Source: Camelus ferus (lineage: Eukaryota). Taken from it: a DNA stretch of 64,000 nt. A model generated the notes under the pieces. The model was not told where the DNA came from. It ran no database searches and was given only the letters and a program-made list of their open reading frames with translations. The stretch spans positions 32,304,001 through 32,368,000 of the forward strand of contig NC_045697.1 of the NCBI RefSeq assembly GCF_009834535.1, in the 5' to 3' direction. Positions 12,860 through 24,822 of this stretch are shown here, one piece after another (the first letter of the stretch is position 1; every line of letters starts with the position of its first letter). A program made the translations under genes and the position numbers.

Positions 12860-14750
12860 AGATGCAAATTTCTTCCTTTTGTCCTTGCTTCTAACTGCAA
12901 TCTGCTTTTGTAGCCACTTGAAAGAATTTTTTCTTTTCAGCTCATCTGTGGTCATCATACTGACTCTCCAAATTATATGTTATTTCTATTTCTTGATTTA
13001 TCAACTTTCAAAAGTAGCTACTGAGCTTAGATCATCACACTAACTTCCACTTTCCCCCTTTCTAGTATCCAATTACTATCATTTATACTATGTATGATTC
13101 TTCTAGTATTAGATGTGTGACTTTAAGCAATATTTTTCAACAGATGTTTCTTGATTCAGGTAATTTATGAGTCCTCATTGACCTCACTTTACACGAGATA
13201 AAATAGTATACTTACATGTTTCTTTAATTCTCCTTGCTCTCTCCATTTCCTCAATTCTGTCAGTCACACCACTGTTTGATTTTTGCCAACTTATATTCTG
13301 TTTCAGTTTTTCAAGTTTTATGTTATTGTCTGTGTTTTCACTAAAGGTTCATTTAAAAAATTGAACATGAATCAACCTCATGAACAGTAACACTATGTAA
13401 ATGTGATAAATATTATGCATAAGTGATATTAAAAGCAAATAAATATTATTTCAACAGAAGAACTGTAATGGGGCCCATTGAAAAGCAGATAATCCTAAGG
13501 AACTGAAACTGTGTCAAGCAAAAAAGAACATTTCAAGTTCTTGATACGCAAAATCGTGTTATAGTTTAGTGTTCAGTGTGTAGTCAATGAGTTTTTATTC
13601 AGCTTTTTGTTCTCCAAAGAGTCTCTAACTGTCTATCTTGTTACTGACAGCACAGCACCCCATGAGTTTAGTCATATTGGTAAAATCGTTCAAGATCTTC
13701 ATAATACAGATTGTGGCATGAAATCCATCTTCTTCTTAAGGAAATTTTTTATAGAATCCTCTGGCTTCCTGTTTTCATCTGAACTGATTGCCCAGAGATT
13801 ACATGGCATAATTTCAGTGAATCCAAATGTGCTTCTCTTTCTTGATTTTTTTTTCTTTACTTTTCTGTAATACAAACTCAAGTTTCTGTAAGATGCCTGC
13901 AAGCAGGCAGTTATTCTTAGTCTCAAAGGTCTGAAAATGCGTTTTATTTCCCTTTAAATTTGATTGCTATTTTGACTGTGTATGGTATTCCAGCTTCAAA
14001 CTAATTTTCCATCAGAAGTTCTAACGGCATCATTCCATTGTCTTCCTGCCTTCCGTTTGGCTAACGAGAAGCTTGATGCCAATCAGATTCTTTTTCCTTT
14101 GTAGATAATCTAAACTTACTTTCTCAGGATTTTAAGCATATTCTTTTTATTTGGGGGTTGAAATTCTAGCAGGATTTGCATCCATAGGGATTAACTTTTC
14201 CTTTGTATTTTTGGCATAAAGTAGGATCTTTCATTCTGGAGACTGTACTTTCCTTCAGCTCAGGAAGTACATATTTTTAAAAACTTTTCTCCTCTTCCCA
14301 TTTTATGTCCTCTTTTCTAGAATTCCTCTTAGATATTTTCCTTCCTGTGTTGATTCCCTCTCCCCCGTCTCCTCACCTTACTAATTTGCATCATTTTTGT
14401 CTTTTTGCTTTATGATTATTTATTAATTCATTAATATATAAATCCATATTTATTGAATACCTCCTAAGTAAATAGTGAGCCCTACGTTCTATGAGTACAC
14501 TAGGAAACAGGCAAAATTCCCTGCCCTTACATTATAGGGTCTAACACCACTTAGGTATTCTCAGAGCTCGCCTCAGCTTGTCTTTATCTATGTTGATCTT
14601 ATTTTTTTCTTCTACTGAAATTTTAAATGTCAGTTATCATATTTCCAATGTATAAATCTTTTCTTCTTTTTTTTTATTATGGTCACCTCTAGTTTTAAGG
14701 TTCAATTTCTACTCAAATAGAACCCAAATTGCTAATTATACCACTATCTA
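12860..14750 (-). mobile_element. Very old L1/HAL1-like remnant (ORF1 region)
   Basis: Antisense ORF1-type blocks tctgaaaatgcgttttattt, cattccattgtcttcctgcc...gagaagcttgatgccaatcagattctttttcctttgtag and tccttcagctcaggaa. A similar piece resumes at about 16475-16660. Confidence 0.55.
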
Positions 14751-15169
14751 CCTACCTACCCATTTCTACTAGAAAGGTGCAATCTCAGTTCCAGGGAGGT
14801 ATGGGTAGTGAGGACAGAAGTTATAAGGACATGGAATTCAGTTATAGCTATAGGGTCTAGAAAAATAGAAAATGTGAACTTGGGCTTCTTGACTCACTTA
14901 ACAGACTTCCATAAGCAGGAGGTAAACCTAGAATATGTTTCCCCAGCAAAGATATGGAAAACTAAGATTTTTTTTAAAGAACTCTGAAGTCGTTGGCCAA
15001 CTTGTGAATTCCGTCCAAGATGAAGTCAGTGATTTCCCTGCCAATGGTGCAGTGCCCTTGGGCATAGTTATTGGCAGAATTTTCCTTGCCAATGATGTGC
15101 TACACAGGGTAGAAGAGCCATTGGTACAAACATCATTAAAAAATGAGTGTTTCAGGTCTACAAACACTA

Positions 15170-16201
15170 AAGTTGGTCCCCCTTAACTGTGGTTTTGTTT
15201 TTTGTGGTTTCATTTACCCATGGTCAACTGTCATCCAAAAATATTAAATGGAAAATTCCAGGAATAGCCATCCATAAGTTTTGAATTGTATGTCATTCTG
15301 GTTAGCATGATGAAATCTCACTCCATCCTGCACTGTTCCTCCTGGGATCAGTGAATCACCCCTTTCTCCCTGGATATCTTGCTGGTTAGTGTTAGTCACT
15401 TAGCAGCCACCTTGGTTATCAGACCCACTATCATAATATCGTGGTGCTTGTGTTCAAGTAACCCATATGTTGCTTAATAATGTCCCCAAAGCACAAGAGT
15501 ACTGATGCTGACAATTTGAACCAGCCAAAGAGAACCTGTAAGGAGCTTCCTTTAAGTGAAAAGGTGAAAGTTCTTGACTTAATAAGAAAGAAAAAAAAAT
15601 TGTATGATCAGGTTGCTAAGATCTGTGGTATAAACAGATCTTTTACCTGTGAAATTGTGAAGAAAGAAAAAAATTTGTGCTCGTTTTGTTGTCGCACCTC
15701 AAACTGCAAAAGCTATAATAGCCACAGTGCACGAGTTTGAGAGAGAGAGAGAGATTGAGAGAGAGATTCATGTAACTTTTGTTAAAGCAGAGTTGACCCT
15801 TGAACAACACCGGGGTTAGGGGTACCAGCCCCCTCGTAGTCGAAAATCTGCATGTAACTTTACAGTCAGTCCTCCGTACCTGTGGTTCTGAGTCTGAGGA
15901 TTCAGTCCCGCCTTGGATTATGTACTCTGTGGTGCGTATTCAATGAAAAAGCTCCGTGTGTACGTGGACCTGTGTGGTTTGAACTGTCGTTGTTCAAGGG
16001 TCCACTGTATATTGTTATAATTATTCTACTTTATTTTTAGTTACTGTTGTTGTTCTCTTAATGTGCCTAATTTATGAATTAAACTTTATCATACATGTAT
16101 AGGGAAAAACATAGTATATGTAAGGATTTGATATTATTGTGGTTTCAGGCATCCAGTGGAGATCTTGGAACCTAACTGGTGTAGGTAAGAAAGCACTATT
16201 G
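15170..16201 (+). mobile_element. MER44/Tigger7 (TcMar-Tigger) internally deleted DNA transposon
   Basis: TA target duplications at 15168-15169 and 16202-16203, with degenerate TIRs. ORF 15480-15740 (MSPKHKSTDA...LPLSEKVKVLDLIRK) is the N-terminal HTH of a Tigger transposase. Confidence 0.9.
15790..16007. mobile_element. Tigger2a_Art-like MITE nested in MER44
   Basis: TIRs gagttgacccttgaacaac / gttgttcaagggtccactg followed by TA; about 218 bp. Confidence 0.85.
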
Positions 16202-19200
16202 TACTGTGGAAATCACTGTATCATCCACCTCACTGAAGGTGGTAAAGGAGTCACCTCCCCTAAGCCATAGTAGTCTTGTAACTCGGCTAGATGACACGTT
16301 CCAGGCAGCAGAGTGCCCAGCAGTCAGTTGCCTGTCTGGGAGCAGGCTGGCTAACGTGCTGGTGACGAATGCATGTGTGTAGCTATGGGTTCAGACGTGG
16401 AGCTCACTGGGATAGGCACAGAGTCCTGGTTACCATGCCAACCAGCTAAGGTTTGAGATAAGTAGTCTACTCAGAATGTTTTTGGAAGTTGATTTCATCC
16501 TCCAAATAATCTAATCTGAGTGTGTTTGTTCATGTTGGGATTTCTTTTTCCACCTAAGGAAGTACTTGAACCATCTCTGGTGATACTGAGCTGTTTGCTC
16601 ATGTTTATGAATGGTGATTAGACTGGTCCACCTAGGTTTGCTAGTGTACAGGTTTCTTCTAATTTAATTTAAATAGAGTCAGAAATAGAATGGGGGTGAC
16701 AATGTATCAAATGATGCAGACTATCTTAAATATAAAGCCTTATTTAGGAAAATAGTTAAATATAAATAAAGTTGCTGTACTGTTGCTGAATAATTATGTT
16801 GTCACCATCATTATGATTGACCAATATTTCCTTCTCTATAAACCTTTGAGTTCACTATATGTTGATAGACTTGAATAGAGAGAAGGATATATTGGTTTAA
16901 ATATCGGTTTAGATTTGATAGAATCCCTGTCATAGGAAGATTGACAGCCTAGTGGATCTAATTATCTTCCAGTAACTTTGGAAAATGCATCAACTTGTCA
17001 AACCTGGCATCAGTCTAACACCAAAAGGAAACATTAAATCATGAAGATTAGTTTATTACAAAAATCCTATGAGTAACCATTAACCAATTTAACTTCTTTT
17101 ACAAAGATTTCCACACATACTTAGATGGAAAAGAGAAAAGTAAATGTGAACATTTTTATGGCAATTCTTTCCCTTTTGCCACAAGAGATGTGCTCCATTT
17201 ATAGCCTTTTAAGCGCCAGCTTTGAAATGATGTGTTGCCATATTTTATTTGCTCCTTTGTATGCTTAGAGATAAAATACCAACATCAAAGCAGTAAATAC
17301 TACACAGGAGGTATTGATGGAAACAGTGGCATAATAGAAAAATATAACTCACTTTTCCTACTTAATATGGGAATATTGGAAAACAAATCAAACAAAAGGG
17401 GGAGTTTCTACGAGAAGGGATAAATACAGTGTGCCAATTAAAATTTCTCTTTTAGTTCCTCTTTTTCAAGACTGTATTTTCTTAGTATTTCTTCACTCAT
17501 CGCCATGACACTTGCAGAAGGTAGTATGAAACAAGAGCCAAGATGACCCCTGCGGACACTGGGACTCATCCTGGAGAGGTCACAAGAGGTGCGGCTCCAG
17601 TCACTGTTACTCATTTCATTTAATATGCAAGCAGCTCCAGTGGTTTTGCTGTCTCATAACTTGTCTTCACTGCTTTCCAGAATTATTTTGAGGCACGCAT
17701 CATTATCAAAGAACAGTAAAAAAAAAAAAAAGGTTTCAGTTGTTCATGACAGAGGATTTAACTACATATCTGTCTTATCCTGTAGCCTATCTTTTTTCTC
17801 AATTGTTATGTTGATATTTACATTTTGTCTGTATGTTATTTGTCTTAAAGATTTTCTTTCCATTGGATAGGGATAGGTAAATATCACTGATTGTGACAGG
17901 TTCTCTCTTTTGTTATTGCAGAATTCTGGGCTTTCCTTAAATTGTCACAAGTTCAAATCATCTTTGCCCAAATGGGCAGTCATTGATTAGCTAGCCCCCA
18001 GTAACTGGATATGCAGAGAACTTTCTGTGACTCTTGGGGATACTCCTGGTGTACATGATCAAAATGTTTATTCTTCTTTATGTTTGTTCATGATTCTGAA
18101 CTATGGACTGACTCAACGATAAGCCACCAACACTGGCATGTCTTCTACATGTGTACCTCATGATAGAAAATGATTACCAGGATTCTTAGGAGAAGGACTT
18201 GTGATCCTGTCCCAGAGAACAATTTACTCACTTGTGATGAAGCCTCTGGGACTGAAGAGACAGGGTCTCATTCTAGGAAACTGGAAGTATTCCTTTTCCA
18301 GAGTCCAGACTAATGAAGCCTCTGAGATACCTTGACTCATGAAAGAAATTAGAGTGGACAATGTTTCTCTGTAGACAAGTATGCCAAAGTCAAAAGCCTG
18401 CTTAGTGTTGCTCTATTATGTTAATCTGTGTATTCTAAAAACCATTATTATTATTATTATTATTTTGGATTCTATTGAAATTTTTATTGCTGTCATGACT
18501 GGCCCTGGTATATTGGTGTACCTGCTCACTGCAGGGCCATTCTTAGTTTGTTCTACCCTTATCAGAGTTTGCTATATGTAGCAGTGAATCAGAGATTATG
18601 TATATAAAACTCCTTGTAAGGTTTCATTAATTAAAACCTATTGAGGAAAAAAATGATGCTCAAGGACAACAAGTGTTTCATAATGCTACGTTTCATCAGT
18701 TTTTCATGTGTTAATATCTCTGAGATTAGTGTTCATGTTACAGTCAGTGGCATCTTCGATTTGGTTTAAAAAATGGTTTCATCTACCAGCCTTCTCATGT
18801 CCTCAAGCATTCTATATCAAAGGGGTGAAGACTGAATCAGGCAAGATGTTTTAGAAATATGAAGACTCTTCATTTCTGAAATGAAGCATCACATCATCAT
18901 GGAGATACTGTAGATGTTGGGGAAATCCCAAGAACAGCCATGCTCTCATCAGTAGGATATAAATCAGACACTGGATTATAACAATGTCTGTTTTTCAAGC
19001 TTCAACCAAGCATGGACAATTAGAATGAAAGTTCCAAAATTTTAAAAAATGCACAAAATTACAATGGGTACAGTATTACAGTGTGTTGACAGATGTTTAT
19101 AAAAACTGGAAACAACTCTCATTTAAAGGGGAAAATTTCAAAGTAGGTGTTCTGAACAAAAATACATAAATAAATAAATAAATAACAGGAGGCAATGCCC

Positions 19201-19975
19201 CCCAAATCTAATTTTTGGACTAATATAAAAACTTAATAAGGGAGGAGACCTAGCCATCTTGTTAAATTCATACACAAATCCATTTTATGCTGAGACCACT
19301 TGATCAAAATAAATTCTAATAGAAAAAAAAAAAGGCCATTAAAAGGATGCTATTCAAGACCTCCGGCTCTTTTCAGTGGGTGACCTTACAATTCCCTGTC
19401 GGTTGCACAATTACTGGGTGCCTGTGAGCACAGATTCTTTGTGTTCTGCCAGCTTTTGAAGTGGATAAGCTAAATCCGCCTAACCCTCAGTGCGCAGCAT
19501 TCTGCAGTGTTAGCTACAGCTGATGCCATTACCCAGTAGATTGCGCTCTGCACACCATTCAAGACAGAATCATTTTTAAAAAGAGAGCTATATCTTTGAC
19601 TTGACAGGCCTGATAAATCAAATCTAGGTTGCAAAGCCAAAAGTGGATTCAATGAAGCAGTATGAGGCCGAGCTGGTTCAGAGAAGCTATGTAGTACAAT
19701 TCAACTTGTTTTTTGAAACGTCATAGTTATACTTAAAAGTCCCACTTGGTTAGACTGTCATAAAATTTTAATTACTTTGTGTATCCAAATTATAAGGAGA
19801 ATAACATAGAAAATTTAAACAGCTCATAGTCTCTGAGATTAGATGTCCTTATTTATTATGTGGGGTCCAACTAGATAAATTACATGAATCTGAACTTGAA
19901 GGTAAAGATACTAGAAATATCTTTCATGGAATCTAATTCCTGTTGAACAACATCTCTGATTAATACATGGGACTC

Positions 19976-20348
19976 TGGTGAGATGGAAATGCACTGACCA
20001 TATCTCCCTCACGGTGGGACTTGTTCCAGCTGTCAGCCTCCAGCTGTTAGCTCCTTCAGTGTTTGCCTGAGCTGGGGAGTGCTGCCTCCCTCCAGGGGCA
20101 GCCATCCTGAAGTGGTCCACATCAAATGACCCATCACCATGGGGTATAAAGGCCTGGTCATTTTGGTTCACCAAGGAATGGGTCATCCATGCTCCAGAGC
20201 TCTGCAAGGGATTAGCCGAGGCTTTGTTGGGACTGCATTGTCGTTCAGCTGCTCCATCCTGCCTCCTTCCCCTTCCACATGCTCTCGTAGTCACTCTGCA
20301 CGCCAGATTCTTCCTCTGTGCCTGCTTCTGGAAAACCAGTCTGCAACA
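19976..20348 (+). mobile_element. LTR16-family (ERVL) solo LTR
   Basis: cagcctccagctgttagctccttcag, TATA-like ggggtataaaggcctgg, gctccagagctc; ends tgcttctggaaaaccagtctgcaaca. Confidence 0.75.
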
Positions 20349-21822
20349 GGGAGCACACAGAAACAGTCTCAGCAAAGAAAGTGTCAAGCCCGGGCTCCTC
20401 TCTGAATACATCACAGCAAATAGTTCACCCTCCAGAGGGCTTTGGTGGAATAACAAGTGGAAACCTATGGTATCTACTCTTGCTTTCTCCAGCGACCAAC
20501 TTTCTCACTACCGTGCCAGAAAGAATCATGTGTCCATGTCCTTCTTTACCAGGCACTGTCCTGTGAGATAATAATGAAATGATAATTGTTGGGAATTTTT
20601 CTTTTTTGTGTGTATACTGTTTTAAAAATCTGGATAAAAATAACTTACCTTTAGGGGAGAGAGCTCCAAAGGAGAGACATGTACATGTATGCTGTTGCAG
20701 AATGACTCCTGGGCTGGCTTACTTTTAACAGCTATTTCAATGCTCTCTAATCCACCTGCTTATTTCCACTAATTTAAGCAATCTTAAAGTCACACACCAG
20801 AAAGGTAAAGAGACCTATTTATTTAAATAAACCAAAATGGAAAAGAGCTATTAATCCAACCCTGAATCTCCTACCCGTGGCTTTAAGGGAGGTGATTCTC
20901 ACTGTGGGAAGCTTCTGTGTTAGGGCACATGGGAGGCAATGAATGGGACGTGACTTGGTTGCATAGGGCTCCTATGTGCTGTGCTTTGTTCTCATGCTTA
21001 TGAGGAAAGTCACTGAGGGTTGAAGGTGGTTCTTAAGGCATTATCCAAACATACATCACAGCAACCCATTCTCTGATGGGGATTCTTTCAGCCAATAGCA
21101 TTCTCCCTTTCCTTCATGTGTCCAGTCCCCAACACCTGTCTATGAGATACAAAAATTCTTGTGAATAGCTCCTCTCCCCCAAAGCTAATTATCAAAAAAA
21201 TGGAAATTGGGACTCATCTCTGAGACCTTCAAGTACATGTAAGTCCTAATAGGAAGACTGAACATCTAATTTATTCAATGCCTTCAATTTTTTAATCATA
21301 TAAAATGATAAATATTAGGAATATGACACATTCCCCTTACCAGATGTATTTGAAGGGGAAATGTATTTATTATTGAACTTGAATGTATTAATACAGTTTC
21401 TCTATCTTCCTTGGAGAAAAATCAAACAAACCACAAAGAAATTGCTATATTTGCTGAACCATTTTCTCCTAAACCTGAAGATTATCTACATAGTCACAAA
21501 AGGGAATTTAACTAAACAGCCAGTAAGGCACCCCTTCCTACCCCCATCATACACAGCTTCTCAGCTACCTACCTGTGCTTTCCAAAGAGCATGGACAAGA
21601 GAGCACTGAGATGAAAAACCATGAAATTCTAAGGAGGAAGGTGATTTCAATTTGATGGAAGCAGATGACCCATACTGGGGCCTTAGAGCAAGACTCCTAG
21701 AGAACAGAAATCCTTCGGGCCAGTTACTGCTTTCCTTAGTCTCTTTGATATTTCTCCTTGTGTTTCAGTTTTGCCTGAGAATTAGTTTTTTGGTTTTTTT
21801 TTTGCATTCTCCTGCTTATTCT

Positions 21823-21940
21823 TTTTTTTGGGGGGGGGCAACTAGGTTTATATTTATTGTTTTTCAACAGTACTGGGGATTGAACCCAGGGACCTTGTGC
21901 ATGCTAAGCATGCACTCTACCACTGAACTATACCCTCCCC
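21823..21940 (-). mobile_element. tRNA-Ala-derived camelid SINE (vic-1 type)
   Basis: Minus strand reads ggggagggtatagttcagtggtagagtgcatgcttagcatgcacaaggtccctgggttcaatcccc (A box, AGC anticodon arm, B box) plus an A-rich tail. TSD tcctgcttattct (21810-21822) / tcctgctaattct (21945-21957). Confidence 0.9.
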
Positions 21941-23689
21941 GCCTTCCTGCTAATTCTTAATCTTTGATTGTCCATCCCCTTTAGGGAGAGGGTGGCAGTT
22001 AACTACTCTGCCTTATTTGCTCCACTTTTTCACTGAAACAGTCCCTTTTCATGCCTACCACGCTATGAGACAGAGGTGTACTGCTTCAGTGTTTGGCATA
22101 GTATTAAGAATTCTGTTTTATAGAATAAAAAAGAGTTTGATTAGCTGACTGATCATGAGAAAGACACCTTATCTCTCTCAAGATTTTGGTCAGGAAAACA
22201 AACTAAGTATTTTGAGAAGGAAAGTTTTTATACCGAGAAGAAACTGCTTTAAAACTTAACGGAAACACTGGAGGAGTAAAGATCAGGGGAGGCTACCACT
22301 CTCAGGTTCTCTGCAGTTTTCTGTGAAAGGGTGTTACTCTCTTTATCTGGTTCAAGAAATTCAGAAACCCGTCCATGATGGGCACAGCTGTATTTAACAC
22401 CAAGGCAGGTGATTCGTGGGTGAACACCCGGAGGCTCTAGCAAAACTTCCCATCTGCTAAGCCCACACATTCAATCATACAGAAGAAGGGTAACAGCCTG
22501 TGTCTTTCTAACAAGTGCCTCTCATTGGTGAAATCTAAACAGGAATCACACTAAACACGCTTCTGGTACAGGTAGCTCCCAGGATTCGTGGTTCCTTAAA
22601 CTTTTGTTTTCCTCTTAATAAATGAAATGATTTGTATATTCCTGCTCATCATTAGCTAGGCAAAGCAAAATATTCTCATCTTTTGTTACTAACATGGTGA
22701 CCTGATCACAGCCAGTGGGAGCAGCCTCAGCTACCTTCGTTTTTAATAAAAATGCACAGTCACTCCTAATGAAATCTCTAAATACTATGGAAAGGGTGCC
22801 TTTATTGAGAGACATGCTTGAATCAACAGCAGGGATAATTTCCATGCAGCCGCTCATGGTTTGACTGTTCTAATTTGAGAGGGAATAGTTTTTCGCTAGT
22901 TCCTCAAGGATAATCGCCTTTGCAGGGTTTTTATGGTCTTTTCGGGAAAAAGTTAAATTTAGTGTCACTCAGTAGTCTTTAACTCTCTTTTTCCTTCAAT
23001 CTTCTGTGATGTGTGAGCTATTTTAAGAATACAAATATGATCTGGGGTTAGAAGTTGATGTCAGATTCTGAGTAATTCCTCCAGGCTCTGTCTGCTGCTG
23101 CTTCTTTCCCTTTCCTAATGCTTTTCTCTTCTGCACTATGAAACCCCATGCAGACGATCAGCAAGGCCCCTGCTCTGCGATGCTCCTGACCACAAGTGGG
23201 TGGTATTTAAGCAGCCAAAGCTCGATATTTAGTGACAATATATTAGGTTGTCTTTTTCTGCTAGGCCATCCATGATCCTGCTCACAGTTTTAGTAAACGG
23301 GCTTCAGAATGGATCCCTGTGAAGGACTCTGCTGGTTCAGGTTGTATTCTAGGAAGAGGGAGGCAGGGGAAGGCTATTTTGCTTTCTTTTGATCTCCTCA
23401 GGCCTCCAGTCCAGTGATTCTTGAAATATTCACCTCTTTACTTCAGGAGTTACTAATCTGCTTGAATGTGTGATTTTTGCCAGCTATGTTTAACCACTAG
23501 GGTAATAACAGAAAAAGGTAGGATAGTATTTATATGATCAAATTTAGAGAAATTGCTGAATGGATACAACCAGGAAGACTAAGAAGTTAGATGGTTAAGG
23601 ATGCTGGCAAGACAGAGATTGAAATAATGAATTCTCAAATTGAATTTGGAAGTGCAGCTAAAAGGCTTTATAGATTCGGAGACAATGGC

Positions 23690-24190
23690 TGTATCACTCA
23701 GATTCTAGTAGAAAATAGAAAATGGTATTCTTAAAAGAGGTAAGAGTTTATATACTAAAATTCGAGCAATTAATAAAGCATGGTACAGCTCCCAAGGTCT
23801 ATCAACAGTGGGGAGCTGTTACATACCCCAGGTCTGAAAGGCTGCAGAAGAAGAGAGTGGAGAGAGAGAGAAAGGATGAGACACACAATGACCAAGCGGG
23901 AGAGGGAAAGAGAAAGAGGATGATGAGAGAGTTTAACTACTGGAGAAAACAGCTGAAAATGGAACGTGGCCTTTGGTAGTAGAAGGAGACAGGACAATAA
24001 ATAAATTCCCCATCTCACTCTCCTCCCACCCTCTGACATCATGCCTGAAGTTCATGGGCTGAATTCATTCAAAAACCAGAGCTGCGAAAGATACTGACTG
24101 GTTGAGACAGTACATCAGCAAGCCTCCTGGTACAGAGTGCAGTTTGCAGAAAAGCAGATTATAGATTTGTGTGGAGTACAAAAAATCCTT
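23690..24190 (-). mobile_element. LTR33/LTR41-like ERVL LTR
   Basis: gggagctgttacataccccaggtctgaaagg, tctcactctcctcccaccctctga and agcctcctggtacagagtgcag. Confidence 0.65.
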
Positions 24191-24427
24191 GATGCAAGGA
24201 AGGAGTCAATTGATATGAGTTTTTTATTTAATGTTAAGAAGTGTGAAAGCTATAGTATTATAACAGATGGTGATGGACACAATGGATTTTAGGCATTCAG
24301 TGGTGAATCGGTTTTGAAGAGTGACACTTTCTAGTCTGCATTCAAGTGAGTGGGCTGATAAAGTAGAGAAGGAATGAAGGTTGTTAGGCTTGGTCCTGAA
24401 GGTAGAGTGAATGATCGTAGTTTTTTG

Positions 24428-24531
24428 GGGGTGAAGAGTTTTCCAGGGATGTAGGACTTCTGTGCTAAAACCAGGAGAGTCCTGGACAAACTGGGACAGT
24501 TCCAGGCAAATGGTGCAAGTTGGTCAAACTT
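24428..24531. mobile_element. MER81/MER94-like hAT MITE within an L2 remnant
   Basis: ggacttctgtgctaaaaccagg...cctggacaaactgggacagt...gttggtca. Confidence 0.55.
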
Positions 24532-24822
24532 CTTGAAGGGTCGACAGGAATTCCGTGCAGAGGGAAAACGTTAGCCAAGGTATAGATATAGTAGTAGGGA
24601 GTTTCTGCAAGAACAATAATGTATTTTGGTTGGAATCCAGGGTAGATTTAATAGGAAGAGTAAGCAAAGTGAAAACTAGCATCACTAGTTATGTAACAAC
24701 AAGGAGCTTGCTGTATAGTCAGTATTGGTTTTCTAGTATTGGAGTTGAATCTAGCTGACCAGTTTACAGAGGACACAGATCTTGTGTATATCTTCCATAT
24801 ACAATTTTTTTCTTTCCTTTTG

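Larger units (their letters stand above)
14761..16472 (-). pseudogene. TUBA1B: Processed alpha-tubulin pseudogene (TUBA1B-like retrocopy): 5'UTR plus about codons 1-206, split by MER44/Tigger7. Segments 16204-16472 and 14761-15167
   Basis: Minus-strand translation with frameshifts gives HVSQ..GN.CWALCCLERVI*P...GGDSFTTFSE, then the transposon, then VFVDLKH...[42 protein letters not shown]...LVFHIFAGETYSRFTS...KKPKFTFSI...PYN(S)VLTTHTSLE..DCTFLVE. This is collinear with alpha-tubulin. There is an in-frame TAG at 15100-15102, the ATG is lost, and no introns are present. The upstream ctacttatctcaaaccttagctggttggcatggtaaccaggactctgtg resembles the TUBA1B 5'UTR as I recall it, so the paralog assignment is less certain than the family. 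Confidence 0.9.

Noticed and set aside
12590..13043. 122-aa and 94-aa overlapping ORFs
   Set aside because: Driven by (TCTCTG/TCTATA)-like low-complexity sequence; no recognisable homology.
14935..15186. Plus-strand 83-aa ORF
   Set aside because: It is the antisense shadow of the tubulin pseudogene.
15480..15740. Domesticated TIGD-like transposase gene
   Set aside because: Only the N-terminal HTH is present, frameshifted after about 64 codons, with no DDE domain; ordinary MER44 content.
18915..18935. NF-kB consensus site GGGAAATCCC
   Set aside because: A single isolated 10-mer with no supporting context; possibly within a decayed LINE.
19911..20571. Longest ORFs in the track (181 aa minus, 115 aa plus)
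   Set aside because: They overlap a GC-rich LTR16, resemble no protein I know, and occur on both strands, as expected by chance.
21868..21940. tRNA-Ala(AGC) gene
   Set aside because: It has a SINE body, A-rich tail and TSD, and the acceptor stem is not intact, so it is a SINE.
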